From Bacteroidota bacterium (lineage in GTDB: Bacteria; Bacteroidota; Rhodothermia; JANXDC01), in contig JANXDC010000001.1 of NCBI GenBank assembly GCA_025059945.1, positions 1,677 to 65,676 of the forward strand: a stretch of DNA of 64,000 bases, written 5' to 3'. How positions within the stretch are numbered: position 1 is the stretch's first letter; the number at the start of each line of letters is the position of its first letter. The position numbers were made by a program, and so were the translations under genes. This document shows, in pieces, positions 9,185-18,150 of this stretch. A model generated the notes under the pieces. It made no database searches. It saw nothing but the letters and a program-made list of their open reading frames with translations, and was not told the origin of the DNA.

Positions 9185-9931
9185 TTAGGCGGATCGGCCT
9201 ATGAGGCCCATCATGCGTCCGGTGCGCCCTTGAGCGCCGCGATGCGAAAAAAAGCGCTCCGGATCGTCCAGGGTGCAGGCGGAGGAGACCTCCAGGTGCT
9301 CTGGATCCAGCCCGAAGGCCAGGAGCGCGTCCCCCAAGAAGCGCTTCAGATCCACGTGCGCTCGTCCGTTGGGTCCAGGCAGCACAACGGACTCCGGAAA
9401 GCGAGCGGCCACTTCGGCTCCGACCTCAAAATGGCAGGCCCCGATCGCCGGGCTGATGTAGGCGCGGATCCGCTCGGCCCGAGCGCCTAGCTCTTGCATG
9501 AGCCGCAGGGTTTCGAAGAGCACCCCAGAGGCCGCTCCTCGCCAGCCGGCGTGAGCCGCGCCGATCACCCCCGCTTCGGGGTCGGCCAGCAGCACCGCCG
9601 CGCAGTCGGCCACGGTCACGCCAAGCAGCAGCCCGGGCCGGTCCGTTACAAGAGCGTCCACGCCCGGCACATGCCCGGGCTGGCGCACGAGCGCGACCCG
9701 GTTTCCGTGCACCTGTCCGGCCGTGACCCAACAAGAAAGGGGCATCGCCAGCGCCTCGGCCACACGGCGGCGGTTTTCCCAGACGCGTTCGGGTGCATCT
9801 GCTGTGTTGAGCCCCAGATTGAGCGTATCAAAGGGCGCGGGGCTTACCCCGCCGCGGCGCGTGGTGAAGGCGGCCACGTACCCGGAGAGCTCGTCAAACA
9901 AGCGGGGCCGAATGAGCGCCAGATCGGGCAT
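9185..9931 (-). CDS. pgeF: Peptidoglycan editing factor PgeF / YfiH purine nucleoside phosphorylase
   Basis: FTTRRGGVS, QVHG, VADCA, HAGWRG, FFSHR, GRM motifs; start taken at MPDLAL, directly after the aroE stop. Confidence 0.9.
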   Translation of the reverse strand: MPDLALIRPRLFDELSGYVAAFTTRRGGVSPAPFDTLNLGLNTADAPERVWENRRRVAEALAMPLSCWVTAGQVHGNRVALVRQPGHVPGVDALVTDRPGLLLGVTVADCAAVLLADPEAGVIGAAHAGWRGAASGVLFETLRLMQELGARAERIRAYISPAIGACHFEVGAEVAARFPESVVLPGPNGRAHVDLKRFLGDALLAFGLDPEHLEVSSACTLDDPERFFSHRGAQGRTGRMMGLIGRSA

Positions 9932-9933
9932 CG

Positions 9934-10782
9934 CTACAGCAGGCCGTCGAGAGCTGAAGAGACGACCTCTAGGGGCATTTCGCGTCCGGTCCAGAGCGTA
10001 TAGGAGGCCGCGGCCTGATGCACAAGCATGGCCAACCCGTCGACGATCTCCACCCCGCTGGCTGAGGCCTCCCGAAGCCAATGCGTCAGCCGGGGTCGGT
10101 AGACCAGATCAAAGGCGATCTGTCCAGGTCGGTAAGCGGAGGGATCGGTCCATGGGGAGCCGTCCTCCTGGGGGCTCATGCCCAGGGGGGTGGCGTTGAC
10201 CAGCAGCTGCGCTTCCTGTACGTCCTGGCGGGCTTCCGCCCAACTGCAAACGCGCCAGCTAACGGCCGGGCCATAAGGCTCTAGGTGCGCCTTGAGCGCG
10301 CTCGCCCGTTTTAAGTTGCGCGCCACAAGCGTGATCCGGCTAACCCGGTAGGCCGTAAGGAGCCCGTATACGACCGCTCGGGCCGCGCCGCCAGAGCCGA
10401 AGACCACGGCGCCTCCACCGCTAATGCGGTCCTCGTAGGGCGCAAGGGCTCGCACGAAGCCCCATACATCCGTGTTTTCGGCCCATAGCCTGTTGCCGTC
10501 GTTTACGATCGTGTTGGCCGCGCCCACGGCCTGGACCGTATCCGAAAGAGCGTCCACCCAGGGCAGGACCGCCTCTTTATAGGGGATTGTCACATTGGCT
10601 CCGCGAAAGTCCATCGCCCAAAGCCCCAGCAGCACGGCGGGCAGCCGGGCTGGATCCGTCACATCCAGAAGCAGGTACTCATAAGGCAGCCCGTGATGCC
10701 GAAAGGCCGTGTTGTGAAGCAAAGGCGAAAGCGAGTGGTCGACCGGATGTCCGATCAGAGCGACGTAGCGGACGGCGGCCAT
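9934..10782 (-). CDS. aroE: Shikimate dehydrogenase
   Basis: IGHPVDHSLSP, NVTIPYK, GAANT, NTDVWG, GSGGAARA, NATPLGM, DGLAMLVHQA. Confidence 0.95.
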   Translation of the reverse strand: MAAVRYVALIGHPVDHSLSPLLHNTAFRHHGLPYEYLLLDVTDPARLPAVLLGLWAMDFRGANVTIPYKEAVLPWVDALSDTVQAVGAANTIVNDGNRLWAENTDVWGFVRALAPYEDRISGGGAVVFGSGGAARAVVYGLLTAYRVSRITLVARNLKRASALKAHLEPYGPAVSWRVCSWAEARQDVQEAQLLVNATPLGMSPQEDGSPWTDPSAYRPGQIAFDLVYRPRLTHWLREASASGVEIVDGLAMLVHQAAASYTLWTGREMPLEVVSSALDGLL

Positions 10783-10796
10783 ACCGCGTCCGATCC

Positions 10797-12188
10797 TCAG
10801 CGGGGCTCTTCCCAGTGTCGCAGAATAGCGGGAAAGGCGCGGATCAGCTCCTCGCGCAGCGCCGGTTCTAGCTGTGCAGCCGCGCGCAGGGCTTGCAGGC
10901 TTTCTCGATACCGACCCAGGTTGTACAGAGCCCGGGCGCGTTGGTAGTGGGCCTGCGCCCATTGCGGCCGCTGCTGCAGCGCCTGTTCGAAGGCATAGAG
11001 GGCTTGATCGAAGCGGCCCGTTTCCAGCAAGGTGTCCCCGTAGTCGTACCAGGCCTCCGCGTTTTGCGCATCCAGGTCCAATAGAATCCTGTAGCTTTCT
11101 AGGGCTTGTTCTAGGCGTCCCAGGTTGTATTCGGTGTCGGCCCGCGCATACCAGTATTCGGGATTGTCGGGATCCAAGCGGGCGGCCTGGACGAAATGGC
11201 GCAGGGCGGATTTGTAATCCTCCAGGCTGTCAAAACAGAGGCCCAGGTTGTAATGCGTCTCGGCGTGTTCCGGGTTTTGGGCCAGGGCTCGCTGATAGTA
11301 GCGGATGGCGGCGTGTAGATTGCCCAGCTCTTGATGGCAGAGGCCCAGGTTAAAGAGCGCCCCGAAATCCTCTCCCTCAAGCCTAAGCACTTCTTCGAAG
11401 GCCTCTAGCGCCTCCTGGAGGCGGCCCAGCTGCAACAGCACATGGCCTCTGTTGAAGTGAGCGGCGCTGAAATGCGGTTCAATGGCTAGGGCCATTTCGT
11501 AGCTCGACAGGGCTTCCTCCAAGCGGTTGAGTTGGCCCAACACGAGGGCGCGATTATACCAGGCGTTTGCCGAGAAGGGGTGTTCTTCTAGATGGCGATC
11601 GTAGGCTTCCAGGGCGCGTTCCAGTTTGCCGAGCGCTTCGTAACAGTAGCCGAGTTCATACCACGCCTCGCGGTGCTGCGGATTGCGCTCCGCGTAGTCC
11701 TCCAGAAGCGGCAAGGCCTCCTCAAAACGCTCTTGCCGTTCCAAAACGAGCGCCAAATTGAAGGCCGCTTCCTCATCTTGGGGGCTGCGCCGTAGCACCT
11801 CGCGAAAGGCCTCCTCGGCCTCCTCAAGACGGCCCAGGCCTTCGAGCGCGATCCCGCGATGCAGATGCAAATCCAGATCTGTGGGGTTCAGATACTGAGC
11901 CTGCTCGAGGCTCTCAAGCGCCTCCTCAAATCGGCTCAAATGATTGAGGGCGATCGCGCGCCGGATCAGATGGTCTGAGCTAAAGGGGTATTGCTCGATG
12001 AGGCGATCCAGAATCCGCAGCGCCTCCTCGTAGCGCTCCTGCTCCAGGTAATAACTGGCGGCCTCTTCCAGCACCTCGGAGTCCACGTATCCCTCTGCGT
12101 CCTCTAGCAGACGCTCAAAGCGCGCCTCTGAATCCCCGTACATCGAGGACTCCGGATCGTCATCGAAGAGGTAATCAAACCAGCTCAT
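10797..12188 (-). CDS. Tetratricopeptide repeat protein
   Basis: Nearly the whole protein is ~34-aa TPR units (AWYELGYCY, AWYNRALVL, AHFNRGHVL, THYNLGLCF); acidic N-terminus; no signal peptide. Confidence 0.92.
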   Translation of the reverse strand: MSWFDYLFDDDPESSMYGDSEARFERLLEDAEGYVDSEVLEEAASYYLEQERYEEALRILDRLIEQYPFSSDHLIRRAIALNHLSRFEEALESLEQAQYLNPTDLDLHLHRGIALEGLGRLEEAEEAFREVLRRSPQDEEAAFNLALVLERQERFEEALPLLEDYAERNPQHREAWYELGYCYEALGKLERALEAYDRHLEEHPFSANAWYNRALVLGQLNRLEEALSSYEMALAIEPHFSAAHFNRGHVLLQLGRLQEALEAFEEVLRLEGEDFGALFNLGLCHQELGNLHAAIRYYQRALAQNPEHAETHYNLGLCFDSLEDYKSALRHFVQAARLDPDNPEYWYARADTEYNLGRLEQALESYRILLDLDAQNAEAWYDYGDTLLETGRFDQALYAFEQALQQRPQWAQAHYQRARALYNLGRYRESLQALRAAAQLEPALREELIRAFPAILRHWEEPR

Positions 12189-12243
12189 GGAAGCCCGCGC
12201 GCTCCGAAGACGCTTCCGAAGGTACGACGTCTAAAGTTGAAGC

Positions 12244-12258
12244 ACAAGGCGCGTGCCG
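12244..12258 (-). promoter_or_regulatory. Candidate sigma54 (-24/-12) promoter for the TPR-aroE-pgeF operon
   Basis: Minus strand CGGCAC-GCGCC-TTGT versus consensus TGGCAC-N5-TTGC, about 55 nt upstream of the ATG. Confidence 0.3.
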
Positions 12259-12334
12259 GAGTCCAGAGAGTCGATGTGGGGGGATAGCTTGATAAGCCAC
12301 GGGTGCGTATTTTTCCTTACGCGGAGGAAAAGCC

Positions 12335-13261
12335 ATGCGCGCGGTTTCGCTACTGCCCAGCGCCACGGAGATCGTCTGCGCCCTGGGCCTAGGAGATCAT
12401 CTAGTGGGGCGCAGCCACGAATGCGATCATCCCCCTTGGGTGCGCGCGCTTCCCGCCCTGACCTACAGCACCATCGCCGCCCCGGGCGAGCTCATCAGCC
12501 CGGCGGAGATCGACCGGCGCGTCTCGGAGGCCTTGCAAGAGGGTCGCAGCCTATATGGGCTGGATCGAGAGCGGCTCCTGGAGTTGAGACCCGATCTGAT
12601 CATCACGCAGGCCCTCTGCGACGTCTGCGCCGTTTCCCTGCCCACCTTGGAGCGCGAGCTGCAGCTTCTGGCGGCCGAGCACGCTATCCGGCTTGTTTCG
12701 CTGCAGCCAGCGGATCTGGAAGGGGTCTTGGCCTCTATCCTGGAGCTAGGCGAGGCCCTGGGGGCCCTGGAGCGAGCTCAGAGCGTGGTGGCGAGTTTAA
12801 GAGCCCGCCTGCGCGTACTCAACAGAGCCCTTAAGGGCCTCACGCACCGCCCTCGCGTGGTGGCGCTCGAGTGGCTGGATCCCCCCTTCGCGCCCGGTCA
12901 CTGGGTGCCCGAGCAGATCGCCCAAGCCGGCGGGCTTTGCCTGTTAGGGCAAGCCCGCCAGCCTTCGTACCGGACCTCCTGGGAGGCGATCGCGCAAGCC
13001 CAACCGGAGGTCCTCCTGCTGATGCCCTGTGGCTACGGACTGGACCAGGTCCTAGAGGAGGCCGAGGCCCTTCGGCCTCAGCTGGTCGCCTGGGGGCTAG
13101 ATGCCGTGCCCGTATGGGCTCTAGAGGCCAACGCCTACTTTAGCCGTCCGGGCCCTCGGGTGGTAGACGGGGTGGAGCTTTTGGCCCAAGTGCTGCATCC
13201 CGAGCTCTTCGGAGAACCGGATCCGAGCGAAGCTCGGCGTGTGGAATACGTGTGGGCATAA
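12335..13261 (+). CDS. BtuF-like cobalamin/iron-complex binding protein (no signal peptide)
   Basis: VSLLPSATEIVCALG, GRSHECD, PDLIITQ, GHWVPE, YFSRPGPRVVDG. Confidence 0.85.
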   Translation: MRAVSLLPSATEIVCALGLGDHLVGRSHECDHPPWVRALPALTYSTIAAPGELISPAEIDRRVSEALQEGRSLYGLDRERLLELRPDLIITQALCDVCAVSLPTLERELQLLAAEHAIRLVSLQPADLEGVLASILELGEALGALERAQSVVASLRARLRVLNRALKGLTHRPRVVALEWLDPPFAPGHWVPEQIAQAGGLCLLGQARQPSYRTSWEAIAQAQPEVLLLMPCGYGLDQVLEEAEALRPQLVAWGLDAVPVWALEANAYFSRPGPRVVDGVELLAQVLHPELFGEPDPSEARRVEYVWA

Positions 13262-13277
13262 ATCGAAGAGGCCAGAT

Positions 13278-14084
13278 ATGCGGCGACCTTTGCTGCTTGG
13301 GACGCTGCTCTGCGGCCTGCTTTCGGCCGCTTACGGTCAGGATCCCGTTCGGGGGCGTTTGCTAGAAAGCCCGCGGCATCATGAGTGGCTTGCGGTCACA
13401 TACGGCGATCGCACGGTGTACGCCTACGTGGCCTATCCGGAGCGCCCCGATCGGGCGCCCGTTGTGCTGGTGATCCACGAAAACCGGGGGCTTACGGACT
13501 GGGTGCGCTCCGTGACCGATCGGCTCGCCGAGGCGGGTTACCTGGCCGTGGCCCCGGATCTGCTCTCGGGCATGGCCCCAGGCGGAGGGCGGACCGCGGA
13601 TTTTCCTCATGAGGATGCCGCTCGGGAGGCGATCTATCGCCTCCCCGGTGCGCAGGTGATGGCCGATCTGCGCGCCGTAGCCGAGCGCGCCCGTCGGCTT
13701 CCGGCCGCCGACGGGCGCCTGGCCGTCGCCGGTTTCTGCTGGGGCGGCTCGCAGGCTTTCGCCTTCGCCACCGCGTACCCAGATCTGCGCGCGGCCTTCA
13801 TCTTCTACGGAACGGCACCGGAGGATTCGGCCGCTCTGAGCCGGATCCGCTGCCCCGTCTATGGCTTCTACGGCGGAGCCGATGCGCGGGTCAACGCCAC
13901 GGTGCCCCGCACGGCCCGTGTGCTCAGCCAAGCCGGCGTACCGTTTGAGCCCGTCACCTACGAAGGGGCCGGACACGCCTTCATGCGCACCGGCGAGCTT
14001 CCCGGGGCCACCGAGGCCAACCGCAGGGCCTGCGAGGCCGCCTGGACGCGCTGGAAAGCGTTGCTTAGGCAGGTCTTCGAGTGA
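13278..14084 (+). CDS. Dienelactone hydrolase family protein, exported
   Basis: Signal peptide; IHENRGL; GFCWGG nucleophile; GAGHAF. Confidence 0.9.
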   Translation: MRRPLLLGTLLCGLLSAAYGQDPVRGRLLESPRHHEWLAVTYGDRTVYAYVAYPERPDRAPVVLVIHENRGLTDWVRSVTDRLAEAGYLAVAPDLLSGMAPGGGRTADFPHEDAAREAIYRLPGAQVMADLRAVAERARRLPAADGRLAVAGFCWGGSQAFAFATAYPDLRAAFIFYGTAPEDSAALSRIRCPVYGFYGGADARVNATVPRTARVLSQAGVPFEPVTYEGAGHAFMRTGELPGATEANRRACEAAWTRWKALLRQVFE

Positions 14085-14106
14085 TCGCCGAAAGGAGGCG
14101 CTGCCC

Positions 14107-15351
14107 ATGAAACGGACCTGTTTGGTGCTGGGATTGCTGTGCTCGGCCGGACCCTTCGTCTGGGCGCAGCAGCCGTATTTTCCGGATCCTTGGCCGGCCC
14201 CGTGGGCCAAGCGCCCCCCAGAGTTGCTAGGGTTCGATCCGCGTAAGCTACAAGAGGCTATCGCCTTCGCCCGCGCGCAGGAATCGCGTGCTCCGCGCGA
14301 TCTGGAGCTAGCCCACTACCAAAGCTTCGGCCGAGAGCCCTTTGGAAACCCCGTAGGACCCTTCGCCCCCCGAGGAGAGCAGACCGGAATCATCATTCGG
14401 GGCGGATATGTGGTGGCCGAGTGGGGGGAACCGGATCGCGTGGAGATGGCCTTCAGCGTAACCAAGAGCTTTCTGTCCACGGTGGTAGGGCTGGCTCTGG
14501 AGCGAGGGCTTATCCGGGATCTGCGGGATCCCGTCTGGCCATATGTGGGCCCCATCTGGCTTTGGGAACCCCATGCGCGCTGGGCGACGGAGCCGTTGGG
14601 TCGGATGCGATTGCTCGATCTATTCGGCACCCCCCACAACCGCAAGATCACCTGGGATCATTTGCTGCGGCAGACCAGCGATTGGGAGGGGGAGCTATGG
14701 GGCAAGCCCGATTGGGCCGATCGACCTGATCCGAACCCCGATAACTGGATCGGTCGTCCCCGGCACGAGCCGGGCAGCGTCTACGAATACAACGACGTGC
14801 GGGTAAACGTGCTCGCCCTGGCCGCCCTGCAGGTGTGGCGGCGTCCCCTGCCAGAGGTGCTCCGGGAGCTGATCATGGATCCGATCGGCGCCTCCTCCAC
14901 TTGGCGCTGGTATGGCTACCAGAACTCCTGGGTTGTGCTCGATGGCCGTCTCGTGCAGTCCGTCTCCGGCGGTGGCCACTGGGGAGGGGGGATGTTTATC
15001 TCCGCTTGGGACATGGCCCGCTTCGGGTACTTGCTTTTACGCAACGGCCGTTGGCGCGATCGGCAGCTGCTTTCTCCCCGCTGGATCGCCTTAGCCCGCA
15101 CGCCCACGCCGGTTCAGCCCACCTACGGGTTCATGAATTGGTTTCTGAACACAGACCGCCGTCTCTATCCCAGCGCCCCGGAGACGGCCTTCGCGCACTT
15201 GGGTAACGGCGCGAACGTGATCTACATCGACCCTGAACACGATCTGGTCGTGGTACTGCGCTGGATTCAAAGCGACCAGGTGGATGCGTTCCTTAAGCGT
15301 CTATTGGAGGCCCTTCGCGCTTCGGCGCCCGAGACGGGGCGTACGCGGTAA
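14107..15351 (+). CDS. Serine hydrolase (beta-lactamase/AmpC-like family), exported
   Basis: AAGGAGG RBS; signal peptide; FSVTKS (SxxK); YEYND; DMARFG. Confidence 0.88.
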   Translation: MKRTCLVLGLLCSAGPFVWAQQPYFPDPWPAPWAKRPPELLGFDPRKLQEAIAFARAQESRAPRDLELAHYQSFGREPFGNPVGPFAPRGEQTGIIIRGGYVVAEWGEPDRVEMAFSVTKSFLSTVVGLALERGLIRDLRDPVWPYVGPIWLWEPHARWATEPLGRMRLLDLFGTPHNRKITWDHLLRQTSDWEGELWGKPDWADRPDPNPDNWIGRPRHEPGSVYEYNDVRVNVLALAALQVWRRPLPEVLRELIMDPIGASSTWRWYGYQNSWVVLDGRLVQSVSGGGHWGGGMFISAWDMARFGYLLLRNGRWRDRQLLSPRWIALARTPTPVQPTYGFMNWFLNTDRRLYPSAPETAFAHLGNGANVIYIDPEHDLVVVLRWIQSDQVDAFLKRLLEALRASAPETGRTR

Positions 15352-15370
15352 AGATCTGAGTCCGGCCTCA

Positions 15371-16024
15371 TTATCGTTTGGAGTGAAGACGCGTCCGGTA
15401 GGCCTGCAAATCCAGCCGATGCGTACACCAGGAGGCCTCTTCGGCCGTGTTGGTAGCCAGGATCACGATTCGGCCCCGCAAGGCCTCCTCTTCCAGTAGC
15501 GCGCGCACCTTGCGTACACCCGATGCGTCCAAGTTCGTGGTGGGCTCATCCAGCAGCAGTACCCACGGCTCCGCCACAAGCGCCGCCGCCAGCCGGGCTC
15601 GTTGTTTCATACCGGAGGAGAAGAAACGCAACGGTTCATGCCAACGCGCCGCGGGCAACTCGACACGTCGCAAGGCCGCTTCTAGTTGCTCTCGGCAGGG
15701 CCGCACGCCCCGCAGCGCAAGCACCCAGTACAGGTTCTCAAAGGCGGAGAATTCCTCGTACAAATTCGCATACGGCGCCACTAGCCCCACCCAGGACGAG
15801 ATGGCCGGCCCCGTAACAGAACGCTCCGCATGCACGTAGCGCACCCGTCCTCTTGTGGGTTCCAGCAGGCCTCCGAGGATCTTCAGCAGCGTGGATTTGC
15901 CAACGCCATTGGGGCCTAGAACACCCCAAATCTGGCCCGATTCGCAGCTGATTGTCACGCCGTCGAAGATAGGCCGCAGCCCAAAGCTGTGCCCCACCTC
16001 GTGGGCCAGCAGCCGGTGTTCCAT
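15371..16024 (-). CDS. ABC transporter ATP-binding protein (CcmA-like)
   Basis: GPNGVGKST Walker A, FSSGMKQR signature, LLLDEP Walker B. Confidence 0.88.
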   Translation of the reverse strand: MEHRLLAHEVGHSFGLRPIFDGVTISCESGQIWGVLGPNGVGKSTLLKILGGLLEPTRGRVRYVHAERSVTGPAISSWVGLVAPYANLYEEFSAFENLYWVLALRGVRPCREQLEAALRRVELPAARWHEPLRFFSSGMKQRARLAAALVAEPWVLLLDEPTTNLDASGVRKVRALLEEEALRGRIVILATNTAEEASWCTHRLDLQAYRTRLHSKR

Positions 16025-16087
16025 AGCGCAGGCAAACATAGCGCTTGCCGGCTTCCGGGCGCAACGACCCGGCCCAGGCGCCCGCGC

Positions 16088-17221
16088 TCAGGCTGAAAGC
16101 GCCACGCTGCTGCGCTCAGAGTGCAGTTCAAGGCCGTACAGGTAAGCCGCCAACGCGCGCACGATGCGCTCCGAGGCCCTTCCGTCCCCGTATGCCAAAC
16201 AGCGGCGGGACATGGCGCGATGCTGGGCGGGATCGGTGAGCAGCCTTTCGGTCCAGGCGATGATCTTGCGTGGGCTTGTCCCCACAAGCTGCGCCACACC
16301 GGCCTGCACGCCCTCGGGCCGCTCGGTCGCGTGGCGCAGCACCAGGATGGGTTTGCCCAGATAGGCGGCCTCTTCCTGTAGCCCTCCGGAGTCCGTCAAC
16401 ACCACGTGGGCTTGATCGAGCAGGCGCACCATCTCAACATAAGAGACGGCCGGGCGAAGGTCGACGTTGGGCAGTCTCTCCAGCCAAGGACGGAGCGCCT
16501 GCTGCACGATGGGGTTGGGATGCAGGGGCACAACAAAGCGCACATGCGCATGCCTTCTGGCCAGCCAGCGCAGGGCGCGTCCGATGCGACGCAATCCGTC
16601 GCCCCAGTTTTCGCGCCGGTGCGCGGTTACAAGTACCAGCGGTTCTTCGGGACGCTCTACCGGACCCAGGTGCCGACGCACCCAACGGAGCGCGTCGATG
16701 GCCGTGTTGCCCGTTAACCAGATTCGGTTTTCCGGCACCCCCTCCCGGATGAGGTTCAGAACCGCCTGTTGCGTAGGAGCAAAGTGCAACGTGCTGACCT
16801 CGGCCAGCAGCCGACGGTTGACCTCCTCGGGAAAGGGCTCCCACCGGTTGTAAGTGCGCAGCCCCGCCTCTATATGCGCCACAGGGATACCCTCATAGAA
16901 GGCGGCCAGGCCGGCCAGGGCCGCCGTGGTCGTATCCCCCTGCACAAGGAGCATGTCGGGCTCAAGTCGCCGAAACAGCCGGGCTAGCCTATGCATCATC
17001 TCGCCGCCGAATGCGGCCAAGCCCGCATCGCGCCGCCTGGGCTTTAGCTCGTATGTGATCCGGATCCCAAACAGGGGAAGCAGCGGAGCCACCAGGTCCT
17101 GATGTTGGCCGCTAAAGCAGACGATGGGCTCAAGCTGCGGATGTCGCGCCAGGGCCTGGATTACGGGGCCGAGCTTGATGACCTCCGGTCGGGTTCCCAA
17201 GATGACCAACACGCGCTTCAC
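16088..17221 (-). CDS. wecB: UDP-N-acetylglucosamine 2-epimerase (non-hydrolysing)
   Basis: GTRPEVIK, GQH, VQGDTTT, HIEAGLRT, FPEE, HRREN, TDSGGLQEEA, ERPEG, YGDG. Confidence 0.95.
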   Translation of the reverse strand: MKRVLVILGTRPEVIKLGPVIQALARHPQLEPIVCFSGQHQDLVAPLLPLFGIRITYELKPRRRDAGLAAFGGEMMHRLARLFRRLEPDMLLVQGDTTTAALAGLAAFYEGIPVAHIEAGLRTYNRWEPFPEEVNRRLLAEVSTLHFAPTQQAVLNLIREGVPENRIWLTGNTAIDALRWVRRHLGPVERPEEPLVLVTAHRRENWGDGLRRIGRALRWLARRHAHVRFVVPLHPNPIVQQALRPWLERLPNVDLRPAVSYVEMVRLLDQAHVVLTDSGGLQEEAAYLGKPILVLRHATERPEGVQAGVAQLVGTSPRKIIAWTERLLTDPAQHRAMSRRCLAYGDGRASERIVRALAAYLYGLELHSERSSVALSA

Positions 17222-18150
17222 GTGACGACCTCCCTCTGTAGCTGCTCCCGCATCCGGATGAGCTGAAGCAGGGGAAGCTCCCCAAGCGGTATGAGCCGGT
17301 AAGCTCCGAGCTCGTGCTCCAGCACCCTACGGGCCTCCCGGAGTTTGTAGCCGAGCGGCAGGCGCATGCCGGGATGAACGAGCAACCGCTTGTCTATGGG
17401 ATCTACGTCGGCGCCCAGGAAGTCGACGGCGTGCAAGACGTACGTCACGTAACCAACCCGATCCAGGCTGCGCCGCATCCACGACCATATGCTTCGGGGC
17501 AACACCCAGCGCAAGGTGTGGTAGAAGGGGATCCGAAGCGGGGTCAATACCGTGATGGGGAGTTCAAGAAAGCTTCCCCGCTCGGTGTGCACCAGATACG
17601 GGGCGCGCCTGCCGAAGACTTGTTCCCAAAGCGGATGCCACCCCTCAAAGGCGCGCTCCCGCTCCCGGCCCCGGCGGCGGATTTCCAGACGCGCGGCCAC
17701 AAGCAGGGGCGAAGGATAGGCCGTGGCGTCATACCAGTAGCCGGCCTCCGCGATGCACGCCAGTATGCTGTCGGTCAAATACCAGGATGGGCTTCGAAAA
17801 CCCACCACCGATCGGCCGGTGAGCTGCTCCAGTACGGAGCGGGCGTAAACGATCTCGTCATATAGGTGCGCCTCGCCTAGGCGATGTATGCCCGCCGGAT
17901 GCGTCAGAGAATGGCAGGCCACTTCGTGGCCCTCGGCCACGATCTGACGAATTAGGTCCGGATAGCGAAGCGCCTCCTCTACCACCACGAAGAACGTAGC
18001 CCGAGCCCCAAGCGCCCGAAACAGCTTCAGCATGCGGGGCAGAGCCTGCTCGTATACCAGGCCGTCGTCTCCGGGGACTCGATAACCGTAGCCTTGCAGA
18101 TGGGTGGCTATGCTGTCTACGTCAACACTAAGCCCGGCGCACGGCTTCAT
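17218..18150 (-). CDS. Polysaccharide deacetylase (NodB/CE4 superfamily)
   Basis: SVDVD motif 1, CHSLTH metal motif, GFRSP motif 3, C-terminal LHAVDF. Confidence 0.85.
   Translation of the reverse strand: MKPCAGLSVDVDSIATHLQGYGYRVPGDDGLVYEQALPRMLKLFRALGARATFFVVVEEALRYPDLIRQIVAEGHEVACHSLTHPAGIHRLGEAHLYDEIVYARSVLEQLTGRSVVGFRSPSWYLTDSILACIAEAGYWYDATAYPSPLLVAARLEIRRRGRERERAFEGWHPLWEQVFGRRAPYLVHTERGSFLELPITVLTPLRIPFYHTLRWVLPRSIWSWMRRSLDRVGYVTYVLHAVDFLGADVDPIDKRLLVHPGMRLPLGYKLREARRVLEHELGAYRLIPLGELPLLQLIRMREQLQREVVT

Noticed and set aside
12189..12334. Cobalamin riboswitch upstream of the BtuF-like gene
   Set aside because: No recognisable B12-box or conserved core, and the region is short and shared with a divergent promoter.
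13861..14106. N-terminal extensions in the ORF track (also 37282-37632, 45177-45323, 23220-23306, 9932-10081)
   Set aside because: They overlap upstream genes; downstream starts give proper signal peptides, RBSs or family N-termini.
13278..15351. Beta-lactam resistance gene
   Set aside because: A generic SxxK serine hydrolase next to a dienelactone hydrolase; nothing specific supports beta-lactamase activity.
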